Source of the DNA: Myxococcota bacterium
GTDB lineage: Bacteria > Myxococcota_A > UBA796 > UBA2385
Assembly: GCA_044344255.1 (NCBI GenBank)
Contig: JBIJDH010000006.1
Coordinates: 64,001 to 128,000 of the forward strand
Reading direction: 5' to 3'
DNA: 64,000 nt
Part shown: positions 26,887 to 36,321 of the stretch, piece by piece
Layout of the letters: every line of letters starts with the position of its first letter
Position numbering within the stretch: the stretch's first letter is position 1
Program-made: the position numbers and the translations under genes
Notes under the pieces: model-generated
What the model was told of the DNA's origin: nothing
Databases searched by the model: none
Seen by the model: the letters and a program-made list of their open reading frames with translations, nothing else

Positions 26887-28290
26887 ATGTCCTCGACCAT
26901 CGACTTCAATGTGGGTAACGTCAGCGTCGATCCTGCCCTCGTGGGCGAACTCAACCTGGGTGGCCTCGTCGGCGGGCCCTCGCTCGCGGGCGGGCCTGGG
27001 GGCGCTGAGGCCGCCGCGATCCTGGACGAGGCCAAGGCCTGCCTCGCCGAGGGAGAGGCTGAGAGCGCGCTCCGCCTGCTCGAGGGCCTGCTGCCCGGCA
27101 ACGGCGACGCCTGGGCCCTGGCCGCCTTCGCCGCCGAGTCGGTGGGCGCCATCGAGGACGCCGCCGCTTACCTTCGCGCCGCCCGCTCCCGCCCCTCCAC
27201 CGAGGAGGGCCGCGGCTGGATGGACCAAGTCGAGGCCGCGCTCGCCATCTACTCCGGCCGCGCCGGCCCCGGCCCGGGCATGCTCGGGCTGCTGGCCTCG
27301 CTCATCTCGCGCACCCCGCTCGAGGAGTGGCAGCTCCAGTCGGCGGAGCTTGACCTCGTGATGCTCGGCCGCGTGGTGATGAACCTCATCCAGGCCGGGC
27401 GCGGGCACGACCTCGAGCCCCTCTTCGAGGCCCGCGCCGAGTCCCTCATCCCGGGCATCCACGAGGGCCTCCGCCTCGTGTTGAGCGAGATCGGGGCCGA
27501 GGTCACCGACGACGGTGAGCCCAACTACATCTTCATCGGCGGCGTCGAGCGCTCCGGCGCCACGCTCTTCCGCGCGATGCTCGGCTCGCACCCGAACGTC
27601 CACGCCGGCCCCGAGCTCAAGATCGTCGCCTCGCTGGTGGCCACCCAGGAGGCCTGGGGCCGCCACTACGGCGCCGCGCTGGCCTCGAACGGCATCTCGC
27701 AGACCGCGGTGGATCAGGCCACCCGCTCCTTCCTGATGTCGCTGCTCTCCTCGGTGGGCCTGGGTAAGCGCGTCGCCGAGAAGACCCCGCACAACCTCCT
27801 CTACATGCGCACGCTCGGCCGCCTCTTCCCGCGCGCGCGCTTCATCCACGTCGTCCGCGACGGCCGCTCGGTGGCCGCTTCGCTCGTCTCCCAGCCCTGG
27901 ACGGACGGCGCGACCGGGCAGACCATGCCCCAGTGTGAGAGCGCGGTCGCGGCCGCCCGGAGCTGGGTGGAGACCGTCACCGAGGTGCGGCGCCAGGCCG
28001 GCAGCGTGCCGGGGCGGTACCTCGAGGTCCGCTACGAGGCCCTGGTCAACGATCCCGTCCGCGTGATGGGCACCGTGCTGGCCTTCCTCGGCGAGCCTTG
28101 GAGCGACCGCGTGCTCCACCACACGAGCTCGGGCGTTCAGCTCCCGGCCCACGAGCTGGCCAGCGCCGAGGTCAAGAAGCCGCTTCACAACAGCGACACC
28201 CACCTCTGGCGGCGCAAGCTCACCATCGAAGACCTCGACGAGGTCAACGCCGTGGCCGGCCCCACCCTGCGGCTGCTCGGCTACACCTGA
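26887..28290 (+). CDS. PAPS-dependent sulfotransferase (protein-tyrosine sulfotransferase-like) with N-terminal helical/TPR-like region
   Basis: 5'-PSB 'IFIGGVERSGATL.RAML.SHP', 'EKTP.N', 3'-PB 'FIHVVRDGR..AAS', 'RYE.LV..P'. Confidence 0.85.
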   Translation: MSSTIDFNVGNVSVDPALVGELNLGGLVGGPSLAGGPGGAEAAAILDEAKACLAEGEAESALRLLEGLLPGNGDAWALAAFAAESVGAIEDAAAYLRAARSRPSTEEGRGWMDQVEAALAIYSGRAGPGPGMLGLLASLISRTPLEEWQLQSAELDLVMLGRVVMNLIQAGRGHDLEPLFEARAESLIPGIHEGLRLVLSEIGAEVTDDGEPNYIFIGGVERSGATLFRAMLGSHPNVHAGPELKIVASLVATQEAWGRHYGAALASNGISQTAVDQATRSFLMSLLSSVGLGKRVAEKTPHNLLYMRTLGRLFPRARFIHVVRDGRSVAASLVSQPWTDGATGQTMPQCESAVAAARSWVETVTEVRRQAGSVPGRYLEVRYEALVNDPVRVMGTVLAFLGEPWSDRVLHHTSSGVQLPAHELASAEVKKPLHNSDTHLWRRKLTIEDLDEVNAVAGPTLRLLGYT

Positions 28291-28324
28291 GCCCGAGGGC
28301 GGCTGCCTTGGGGTGTCATGGTCT

Positions 28325-28356
28325 GAAGAGCCGTAGGAAGAGCCGTAGGAAGAGCC
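28325..28356. repeat. 12-bp tandem repeat (gaagagccgtag)x2.7 just upstream of the ATPase start
   Basis: Directly visible. Confidence 0.85.
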
Positions 28357-28357
28357 T

Positions 28358-30184
28358 TTGACGGACCCGAAGCGCCTCGGTGACATCCTCGATCTGCTGG
28401 TCGGGCGGGGCATCTTGCACGCAGGCCAGCGGCAGGACGTCCTGAACCGGGGCGCCGAACAGTCGCGCCACATCCTGCTCGACAAGCGCGCCGAGCTGCG
28501 GCGGCTGCTCGGGCGGGCGCGCGTGGCCTATCAGGTCACCGAGATCGAGCTCATCGCCAGCTTCCGCTTCAAGCGGGAGAAGCATGGCAAGGCCGAGACG
28601 CCCTTCGTCGATGAGGAGCTCGTCACCCGCGAGGTGGCCGAGTGGCTCAGCATCCCCTACGTCCACCTCGACCCCCTCCAGCTCGACTACAAGCTGGTGA
28701 CCGAGGCCTTCGGCGGGCCCTTCGCCGAGCGGCACCTCGTCATCGCCATCGCCGACAGCCCGGCGGCCCTGACCCTCGCCGTCACCGATCCCTGGAACCG
28801 CGAGCTCTTCGAGAGCATCGCCCGGGTCAAGAACAAGCCCATCCGGCTCGCCCTCGCGCAGAAGGCGCAGATCCTCCAGGTCATCGTCGAGTTCCACGGC
28901 TTCCGCCGCTCGATGCGGGCCGCGGAGATCGAGCGCGACTCTGACTTGCCCGACCTCGGCAACCTCGAGCAGCTCTACGAGCTCACCAACGCCGCCGAGC
29001 TCGACGCCAACGACCAGCCGGTGGTGCGGGCGGTCTGGTACCTCCTCAACTACGCCTTCGAGCACCGCGCGAGCGACATCCACATCGAGCCCAAGCGCGA
29101 CGAGGCCCTCGTCCGCATGCGCATCGACGGCGTCCTCCACACCGTGCACCGGCTGCCGCGGGTCGTGCACCCGGCCCTCGTGAGCCGCGTGAAGATGCTG
29201 GCGCGCATGGACATCGCCGAGCGGCGCCGGCCCCAGGACGGGCGCTTCAAGACCACCTTCAAGGACGACGAGATCGAGCTCCGCGTCTCGACGGTGCCGA
29301 TCGCCTTCGGGGAGAAGGTGGTGGTGCGCGTCTTTGACCCCGGCGTGCTGCAGCTCGGCCTCGAGAACCTGGGCTTCTTCCCCCGAGAGCTCGGCCTCGT
29401 CCGCAATATGCTCGCCACCCGCAACGGCATGGTGCTGGTGGTGGGCCCCACCGGCAGCGGCAAGACGACCACCCTCTACAGCGCGCTGCACCACGTCTCG
29501 TCGCCGCGGCTCAACATCGTCACCCTCGAAGACCCCATCGAGAACGTGCACGACGCCTTCAACCAGATCGCGATGCAGCCGAAGATCGGCCTCACCTTCG
29601 GCTCCGCCCTGCGCAACGTGCTGCGGCAAGACCCCGACGTCGTGATGGTGGGCGAGATCCGCGACGAGGAGACCGCCCAGAACGCCGTGCAGGCCGCGCT
29701 CACCGGCCACCAGGTGCTCTCGACCATCCACACGGGCGAGGCCTCGGGGGCGGTGGGCCGCCTGATGGACCTGGGCGTGCTGCCCTTCCTCCTCTCGAGC
29801 GTGCTCGTGGGGGTCATCGCCCAGCGCCTCGTGCGCAAGATCTGCCCCTTCTGCGCCCAGGAGGAGCTGCTGACCGAGGAGCAGGCCCTGGCGCTGCGCA
29901 TCCCGGGCACCCGCGGCCGGCGCCTCGCCATCCAGCGGGGGGCGGGCTGCGTGCGCTGCCGCTTCACCGGCTACAAGGGCCGCACGGGGATCTTCGAGGT
30001 CATGCCGATCACGCCGCGGCTCCAGCGCCTGATCAACGACAAGGCGAGCTCGCAAGACCTCAAGCGCGAGGCCCTGAACGACGGGATGCTGACGCTCCGC
30101 GAGTACGGCATCAAGAAGCTGGCGCAGGGGGAGACCACCTTCGAGGAGGTGATCGCCAACTCCGACGACCGCCCGGTCTACTGA
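28358..30184 (+). CDS. GspE/PulE/PilB family secretion/pilus assembly ATPase
   Basis: 'ASDIHIEP', 'PQDGR', Walker A GPTGSGKTT, 'LRQDPD...GEIRD', His box, CxxC...CxxC, 'GRTGIFE'. Confidence 0.93.
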   Translation: MTDPKRLGDILDLLVGRGILHAGQRQDVLNRGAEQSRHILLDKRAELRRLLGRARVAYQVTEIELIASFRFKREKHGKAETPFVDEELVTREVAEWLSIPYVHLDPLQLDYKLVTEAFGGPFAERHLVIAIADSPAALTLAVTDPWNRELFESIARVKNKPIRLALAQKAQILQVIVEFHGFRRSMRAAEIERDSDLPDLGNLEQLYELTNAAELDANDQPVVRAVWYLLNYAFEHRASDIHIEPKRDEALVRMRIDGVLHTVHRLPRVVHPALVSRVKMLARMDIAERRRPQDGRFKTTFKDDEIELRVSTVPIAFGEKVVVRVFDPGVLQLGLENLGFFPRELGLVRNMLATRNGMVLVVGPTGSGKTTTLYSALHHVSSPRLNIVTLEDPIENVHDAFNQIAMQPKIGLTFGSALRNVLRQDPDVVMVGEIRDEETAQNAVQAALTGHQVLSTIHTGEASGAVGRLMDLGVLPFLLSSVLVGVIAQRLVRKICPFCAQEELLTEEQALALRIPGTRGRRLAIQRGAGCVRCRFTGYKGRTGIFEVMPITPRLQRLINDKASSQDLKREALNDGMLTLREYGIKKLAQGETTFEEVIANSDDRPVY

Positions 30185-30193
30185 GCTTGGCGC

Positions 30194-31336
30194 CTAGCGC
30201 GGCGCGGGCCGGTCACGCCGCCGCCGCAGGGCCGCGAGGCCGAGCAGGCCGCCCGGGAGGAGGAGCAGGCCCGTGTACTCGGCCTCATATGCGCTCTCTT
30301 CCATCAGGTAGATGACGGTGCTCGACTCCACCCCCTCGCCGGTGTCGGTGAAGACGGGGTCGATGGTGTTGGTGGAGGGGGCGACGACGGCGTCGTAGCG
30401 GGTGAGCCAGGCCGCCCCGCCCTCGTTGCTGTAGTCGCGTGAGGCCGCCTGCCAGGCCACCGGTTGGTCCCCACCGAGGGTGTAGAGGTGCTCCCAGTAC
30501 AGGCCGGAGGGATCTTCGTAGTCGGGGCCGACGACGTCGTAGCTGTGGCCCCCGGCGCGGTCGGGGTTCTCGGGGGCCGACCAGCCCGAGAGGGCCGCGG
30601 TGCCGGCGCCGAGCACGAGCAGCTCGGTGTGGATGGTCTCGACGGTGGAGCTCTGGGAGAGGCGGGCGGGGAAGATCGCGTGGAGGGCGCCGTCAGCGGC
30701 GGGGCCGTAGTGGATCTCGATCGGGTCGAGCACCACGCCTTCCACGGTGAGGTACTCGGGCGCGATCTGCACGGCGACGAACTCGTAGTCGAGCGGATCG
30801 GCGACGTAGGCGTCAATGGCGCCCTGCAGCATGCTCGCGTTGTAGCCGTGCTCGGTGAGCCAGGTGGAGAGGCCGTCGGCGTCGGTGGCGGCGAGGGTGG
30901 TGTAGCTCAGGTTCCCAGCGAAGCCCTGGCCGGTGATGGTCACGCCGTTGGAGTCGCCGCCCCCGAGCGCGGAGTCGGACATGCCGCCCTTGACCGCGCC
31001 ACAGCCGCAGCGGCCGGACTCGGCCTCGGCCTCGGCGATGGCGGGGTCTACCTCGACTTGGGGAGCGGAGGCCTCCAGCAGGGTGTCGAGCCAGGCAGCG
31101 TCGCCCTCCACCACCTCGGTGATGGTGCCCGGAACGGCGATCACCCAGGCGAAGTCGGCGGCGTCGCCGTTGTAGCGGGCCCGGTAGGTGACCGCGATCT
31201 CCCCCGGCGTGCGGGTGTCGAAGAGGGCCTGCTGGGCGTCCGAGGAGACGAGAGAGCCCTCCTGGGGGGCGAAGCCGCCGCAGGCCTGGGCCTCGGGGAG
31301 GAGGGCGGCGGAGAGCCAGAGCAGGATGGGCGTCAT
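30194..31336 (-). CDS. DUF2330 domain surface protein with C-terminal TM/Arg-rich sorting tail
   Basis: Signal peptide AQA-CGGF, 'Y.G.A.DFAWV..VP', 'L..WL.EHGY', 'WLTR'; C-terminal LLLL..LLGLAALRRRR. Confidence 0.78.
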   Translation of the reverse strand: MTPILLWLSAALLPEAQACGGFAPQEGSLVSSDAQQALFDTRTPGEIAVTYRARYNGDAADFAWVIAVPGTITEVVEGDAAWLDTLLEASAPQVEVDPAIAEAEAESGRCGCGAVKGGMSDSALGGGDSNGVTITGQGFAGNLSYTTLAATDADGLSTWLTEHGYNASMLQGAIDAYVADPLDYEFVAVQIAPEYLTVEGVVLDPIEIHYGPAADGALHAIFPARLSQSSTVETIHTELLVLGAGTAALSGWSAPENPDRAGGHSYDVVGPDYEDPSGLYWEHLYTLGGDQPVAWQAASRDYSNEGGAAWLTRYDAVVAPSTNTIDPVFTDTGEGVESSTVIYLMEESAYEAEYTGLLLLPGGLLGLAALRRRRDRPAPR

Positions 31337-31400
31337 CGGTGTCCCTCGTTGTCTTGGGCCCATTTTAGGGCCGCGGAGGCGGAGAGGCTACCGGCGCAGA

Positions 31401-32369
31401 TCAGGGCGCGGCGGTGTCTGTCCCACCGGCGGTGGGCTCGCTGCACCAAGAGGCCCAGGCGTCGATGCCGCTGGTCTCGAAGGGGGACGGCTGCCCGAAG
31501 ACGTGGACAGGCAGCCACTCGAGCATCGCCTCGTACTCGGGCTGGGTCACCGTGTGACCCTGCTCGTGGTAACAGCGCACGACGTAGCTCTCGTCGGTGA
31601 GGAGCTGCGCCTGGAGGCTGTCGGTGGCGATCGTGAAGTCGACCAGCTTGAAGGAGCTGTTCGGCCAGGCGTCGTCCACGCCGCCGGTGGCGAGGTAGAC
31701 GGGGATCGGCCAGGAGGGGCTGCCGTACTGAGAGATGGTGTTGGGCAGCAGCGCGTTCTCGATGTCGGAGCCGCCCGACATCTCGAGCACGGTGGAGAAG
31801 GTGTCGGCCCGCTCGCGCAGCAGCACGCTCTCAAAGAGGGAGCCCCCCGAGAAGCCGGCCGAGGCGACGCGGTAGAGATCGATGTCAAAGGTCTCGGCGA
31901 GGCAGGTGCGGAGGTCGTCGTAGAGCACGAGGTCGAGCTCGTCCTGGTCAAAGACCTCCCACATCGCGAAGCTGAAGTTGGCGATGGTCATGTCGCGCGA
32001 CTCGGGCAGGACGATGATCATGCCGAGCTCGTTGGCCACCTGCTGGAGCTGGAGCGAGCGGGAGGTCTGCTCGCCGGGGTTCGAGCCGGCGTTGGCGAGG
32101 CCGTGCCAGAAGAAGGTGACGGGCGGGCTGGCGGGCATGACCTCGGGCAGCAGCACGGTGACGGTGCGCTCGAGGCCACCGGCGGTCATCGGGCCGGTGC
32201 CGCTCTCGCTCAGGTCTGGGCAGGTGCCGGAGCGGGCGGCGAGGGGGGCAGGGGTGAGCTCGGCGGGCTCACCGCCAGCGGTGTCGTCGCCCCCGGCGTT
32301 CCCGGCAGCGTCGTCGTCCTTGCCCTTGCAGGCGCCGAGCAGCATGATCGTCCACAGCGCCGTCCGCAT
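31401..32369 (-). CDS. Secreted alpha/beta-hydrolase lipoprotein (PHB-depolymerase/esterase-like)
   Basis: Lipobox LGAC; FWHG, GFSGG nucleophile elbow, GG.DD, H..GH; strong SD ggaggtgagg. Confidence 0.75.
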   Translation of the reverse strand: MRTALWTIMLLGACKGKDDDAAGNAGGDDTAGGEPAELTPAPLAARSGTCPDLSESGTGPMTAGGLERTVTVLLPEVMPASPPVTFFWHGLANAGSNPGEQTSRSLQLQQVANELGMIIVLPESRDMTIANFSFAMWEVFDQDELDLVLYDDLRTCLAETFDIDLYRVASAGFSGGSLFESVLLRERADTFSTVLEMSGGSDIENALLPNTISQYGSPSWPIPVYLATGGVDDAWPNSSFKLVDFTIATDSLQAQLLTDESYVVRCYHEQGHTVTQPEYEAMLEWLPVHVFGQPSPFETSGIDAWASWCSEPTAGGTDTAAP

Positions 32370-32439
32370 CCTCACCTCCGCCGCGCACGATATCAGAGCC
32401 GGCCATCGCCGTCAGGGTGCCCTGGCCGAAGGGGGGCGG

Positions 32440-33591
32440 ATGAAGCTCGGTCGGACGGTGCTGCTGCTCGGGCTCACGAGCCTGCTCACCGACGTGGGCT
32501 CGGAGATGATCTTCCCGCTGCTGCCGCTGTTCCTGACGGTGGAGCTCGGGGCCTCGACCACCTTCCTCGGCCTGCTCGAGGGGGCGGCCGACGCGGTGGC
32601 CGCGGTGCTCAAGCTCGTCTCAGGGGGCTGGTCGGATCGGACGGGGCGCCGCAAGCCCTGGGTCGTGGCGGGGTACGGGCTGGCGGGCGTGGTGCGGCCC
32701 CTCGTGGGCCTGGCGGGCGCGCCCTGGCAGGTGCTGAGCGTGCGCCTCACCGACCGGGTGGGGAAGGGCATCCGATCGGCGCCGCGGGACGCGCTCATCG
32801 CCGACTCCGTGCCCGCTGAGCTCGCGGGGCGCGCCTTCGGCTTCCACAAGGCGATGGACCACGCCGGCGCGGTGCTCGGCCCCCTCATCGCCTCGGCGAT
32901 GCTCTACGCGGGGGTGCCGCTGCGCTCCGTCTTCCTGTGGACGGCGCTCCCCGGCCTCCTCGCCTTCCTGGCGGTCAGCCTCGTGCGCGAAGAGCCCCGG
33001 CCCACCCCGGCCCCGGGGGCGCAGACCGGCGGGCCCTTGCCGCTGAACCTGCGGCGCCTCCTCGGCGTGCTGCTCGTCTTCGGGCTCGGCAATTCGTCGG
33101 ACGCCTTCCTGCTGCTGCGGGCGGGGGAGCGAGGCCTCGACACGGCGCTGATCCCGCTGCTCTGGGCGCTGCTGCACGTCTCGAAGATGGGCTGGGCGCT
33201 TATCGGCGGGCGGCTGGCCGATCGGTATGACCGCGTCACGCTGATCATCGCGGGGTGGGCCGTGTTCGTGGCGTCCTACGCGGCGATGGCGGCGCTGCCG
33301 TCTCCCGGGCACGTCTGGTGGATCTTCCCGCTCTACGGGGCCTTCTACGGCCTCGCCGAGCCCGCCGAGAAGGCCCTCGTCCGCGACCTCGTGCCCGCCG
33401 CGGACCGCGGCCGGGCCTTCGGCTGGTACAACCTCGTCACCAGCGGCTCGGCCCTGCCAGCGGGGCTGCTCTTCGGCGCGCTCTGGGACCAGGCGGGCCC
33501 GGTGGTGGCGCTCTCCACCGGCGCCGGCCTCGGCCTCGCGGCGATGGCCGCGCTCGCTACTTGGCGACGGGCGGGAGCTTCTCGACCTTGA
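32440..33591 (+). CDS. MFS transporter
   Basis: 'G.WSDRTGRRKP', 'DRVGKGIR.APRDALIAD', 'GR.ADRYDR'; about 12 TM segments. Confidence 0.92.
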   Translation: MKLGRTVLLLGLTSLLTDVGSEMIFPLLPLFLTVELGASTTFLGLLEGAADAVAAVLKLVSGGWSDRTGRRKPWVVAGYGLAGVVRPLVGLAGAPWQVLSVRLTDRVGKGIRSAPRDALIADSVPAELAGRAFGFHKAMDHAGAVLGPLIASAMLYAGVPLRSVFLWTALPGLLAFLAVSLVREEPRPTPAPGAQTGGPLPLNLRRLLGVLLVFGLGNSSDAFLLLRAGERGLDTALIPLLWALLHVSKMGWALIGGRLADRYDRVTLIIAGWAVFVASYAAMAALPSPGHVWWIFPLYGAFYGLAEPAEKALVRDLVPAADRGRAFGWYNLVTSGSALPAGLLFGALWDQAGPVVALSTGAGLGLAAMAALATWRRAGASRP

Positions 33592-34033
33592 TCGCGCGGA
33601 TGTTGTCCTTGAGGTCGTCGCCCGTCATGTGGCCGTAGGTCCAGCCCTTGCCCTTCTCGGGCGTGCCCACCTCGTCGAAGCTGGCCTGGAAGTCAGGGTC
33701 ACAGCGCATGGCGTTCGGCTTGTCGAGGAAGTCGAGGTCGGGCGCGCGGGCGGCGAGGTCGCCGTCCTTGGTCTTGTAGCAGGCGCCCTTGCGGATCTCG
33801 ATCGCCCGCCAGGTGCGCTCCTCCCAGCCCGTCTCCAGCGCCGTGGTGATGAAGGTGACCCGGGTGCCCTCGGGGGCGACCACGATCACGGACTGGAGGT
33901 GCGCGCCGTCGATGTCGTCGCCCTGCTTGCCGCCGGCCGGGTAGATCGCGCAGTGCCTCCGCGTGCCCGAGAAGTTGATGCCGGAGAAGCCGATGATGTC
34001 GCAGCGGGTGCGGGGGGCGATGTCCCAGCGCAT
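33557..34033 (-). CDS. Hypothetical protein
   Basis: 158-aa ORF with GC3-rich codons; 3' end overlaps the convergent MFS gene by 35 bp. Confidence 0.65.
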   Translation of the reverse strand: MRWDIAPRTRCDIIGFSGINFSGTRRHCAIYPAGGKQGDDIDGAHLQSVIVVAPEGTRVTFITTALETGWEERTWRAIEIRKGACYKTKDGDLAARAPDLDFLDKPNAMRCDPDFQASFDEVGTPEKGKGWTYGHMTGDDLKDNIRAIKVEKLPPVAK

Positions 34034-34160
34034 GAGAACCTCGGGGGGCGGAGTCCGTCGGGGGAAACAGGAGCGGCATCATAGCCCGGGGCGCTCGGCA
34101 GGGGGCCCCGACCGGTGACGGGCGAGGCGACGGGATAGGTGCGCCGCCGGAGGGCTTGGG

Positions 34161-35615
34161 ATGCGGGAGTGGATGCGCGCGGCGGTGCTACCGCCCTCAC
34201 CCGCGGCCGTGGTCGCCCCCACCGCGGTGCCCGCCCTCGATCTGCGCGTGCGGCTGGCCCTCTTCGTCGTCGGCTGTGCGGCGGTGGCCATCACTACCCA
34301 GCAGTTTGGGCCGGGCGGCACCGCCGACAGCGTCACCTACCTCTCCGTGGGCGAGAACCTCGCGGAGGGCCGTGGCTTCGTGCGCTTCGACGGGCGGGCC
34401 TTCGCGGCCTGGCCGCCGCTCTACCCGATCCTGCTCGCGGTCGTGACCCGCCTCGGCCTCGAGGTCAACGACGCCGCCCGCGTAGTGGGGGGCCTCTGCT
34501 TCGGGCTCACGCTCGCGGCCTTCGGCGAGATGATGCACCGGGTCGGGCGGAGCGCCTGGCTCACGCTCATCCTGCTCGCGGTGCCGCCGGTCGTGCAGGT
34601 CTTCAGCAGCGCCCTCTCGGAGGCGCCGATGACGATGGCGATGGTGCTCGGCGTGGCCGCGCTCGGCCGCGGGGCGGGCCCGCTCGAGCTCGGCCTCTAC
34701 GCCGCCTTGGCGCTGAGCTCGCGGCACGTCGGCCTCAGCCTCCTCATCGTGCTCGGGGCCTCTATCTTCCAGCGAAAGCGGTCGGGGCTCCTGATCTTCC
34801 TCCCGGTGGCGGTGGCCCCTTCGCTGGCCTGGTCCTACTACAACCTTCAGCGGGTGGGCGAGCCCACCGGGGTCCGCGCGGCGGCCAACGCCTCGCTCTA
34901 TGACAACTTCGACAGCTTCTTCACCGCGATCGGCAAGGGTTTCGGCGTCTACGACGTGCCTGGCGCCCTCCTCGGCTGGCTGTTCATGGGCCTGCTGCTC
35001 TTCGGCTGGCGGGGCTGGCTCGAGCGGCGCGCGGCGGCGCTCACCGTCATCTACACGCTGCTCGTCGTGGGCACCGCCTCGGTGGTGGCGGTCACGCACC
35101 TCAACTTCCGCTTCGTTGAGCCGGTGCTGCCCTTCCTCGTCTTCCTCGGCCTCGCCGCAGTGCCGGTGCCCTGGAAGCCCGCCCTGGCCCTTTCGGTGGT
35201 GCTCGGCATCCGCGAGGTGGCCTGGGAGCACAACCACGGCATCGCCGGCTTCGGGGGCCCCTCCTGGGGCCGCTCGCCGCTCTTGAGCACGATGGCGGAG
35301 CTCCCGGTGAGCGACCTCGTCTTCACCAACGACCCCCACGCGATGGCGCTGTTCACCGAGCACGAGGTCGCCTACATGCCGATGAAGCGCTCCTACCGCT
35401 CCGAGAAGGAGCTGGCGCCGCTCGGCGAACAATTCGAGAAGCGGCGCAAGGGCCAGGCCTGCTACATCGCCTGGTTCACGGCGAAGCGCCCGGGCTACTC
35501 CTATTACAGCCCCGATCGGCTGAAGGAGCTCGGCTACCCCTTGGAGATCGTCTCGCCGCCCCTGAAGGGCGGCCTGCTCTACCGCATCGAGGCGGGGGAC
35601 TGGCCGGGGCCTTGA
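34161..35615 (+). CDS. Polytopic membrane glycosyltransferase (GT-C, ArnT/PMT-like)
   Basis: 'DSVTY...G.NL..G.G', 'WPPLYP.LLA', 'LSEA', 'RF..P'; many TM segments. Confidence 0.7.
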   Translation: MREWMRAAVLPPSPAAVVAPTAVPALDLRVRLALFVVGCAAVAITTQQFGPGGTADSVTYLSVGENLAEGRGFVRFDGRAFAAWPPLYPILLAVVTRLGLEVNDAARVVGGLCFGLTLAAFGEMMHRVGRSAWLTLILLAVPPVVQVFSSALSEAPMTMAMVLGVAALGRGAGPLELGLYAALALSSRHVGLSLLIVLGASIFQRKRSGLLIFLPVAVAPSLAWSYYNLQRVGEPTGVRAAANASLYDNFDSFFTAIGKGFGVYDVPGALLGWLFMGLLLFGWRGWLERRAAALTVIYTLLVVGTASVVAVTHLNFRFVEPVLPFLVFLGLAAVPVPWKPALALSVVLGIREVAWEHNHGIAGFGGPSWGRSPLLSTMAELPVSDLVFTNDPHAMALFTEHEVAYMPMKRSYRSEKELAPLGEQFEKRRKGQACYIAWFTAKRPGYSYYSPDRLKELGYPLEIVSPPLKGGLLYRIEAGDWPGP

Positions 35616-35709
35616 GCGGAGGGATTGGCGACGGAGACAAAGCCGGTCACCGAAATTCATCAAAATAAAGAGGAGCCCCCACTGCCCGTCAGGGTGAGAG
35701 GAGGTTCCG

Positions 35710-36243
35710 ATGACTTCGACCGCTGCCCTTGTTGCTCCCGTCTCTTGCACCCCCCGACTGGCCTCGCTGGGCCTCTTTGCGCTCCTGACCTTCGTCGGGT
35801 TCGGCGCGGCCCCGGCCGAGGCCTCCACCATTCGGGCAGCCGACAAGCTGGGTGTCGGCTTTGGCCATGGCTTTGGCACCTGGGGCGCTTCGGGGAAGTA
35901 TTGGCTGACCGACAGCGCCGCCGTACAGGCCAATGTCGGCTATGGCAGCCTCTCCCTCGAGGGTGCCGAGCCCGCCCTCGGGATCAACGCCGCCTATCTC
36001 GTTGAGGGCCCCGAGCTCCGCACGTCGGAGGCCCTGGACCTTGGCTGGAACGTGGGCGGTGGCGCCGCGGTCGGCCTCGGGCCCGAGCCCTCCTTTGGCA
36101 TCATGGGCGTCGCCGGCCTGGAGTTGTGCTTCAAGAAGGTCCCCATGGACATTGTGGTGGAGGCACAGCCCGGGGTTCGGCTCCTCCCGTCCCCTTCGGT
36201 GCACCTCGCCTCCTTCGGCGCGCAGGCCCGCTTCTGGTTCTGA
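35710..36243 (+). CDS. Small outer-membrane beta-barrel protein
   Basis: Signal peptide AEA; alternating beta-strand pattern; C-terminal ARFWF BAM-type signal. Confidence 0.72.
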   Translation: MTSTAALVAPVSCTPRLASLGLFALLTFVGFGAAPAEASTIRAADKLGVGFGHGFGTWGASGKYWLTDSAAVQANVGYGSLSLEGAEPALGINAAYLVEGPELRTSEALDLGWNVGGGAAVGLGPEPSFGIMGVAGLELCFKKVPMDIVVEAQPGVRLLPSPSVHLASFGAQARFWF

Positions 36244-36321
36244 GACCGAGGAGGCGGGTTCGAAGGAGGAAGGTGGACTCGTCGAAGGTCGCCGGCCTCT
36301 GCTCCCGGTCTCCGCCGTCGA

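Noticed and set aside
23320..28290. Saxitoxin biosynthetic cluster
   Set aside because: Only sxtI/J/K-like and sulfotransferase-type genes are present; no sxtA/sxtG or other core genes; such trios are widespread
26026..28485. N-terminal ~820 aa of the 1080-aa minus-strand ORF 25243..28485
   Set aside because: Antisense to the TetR and sulfotransferase genes; only the last ~260 aa look like a real protein
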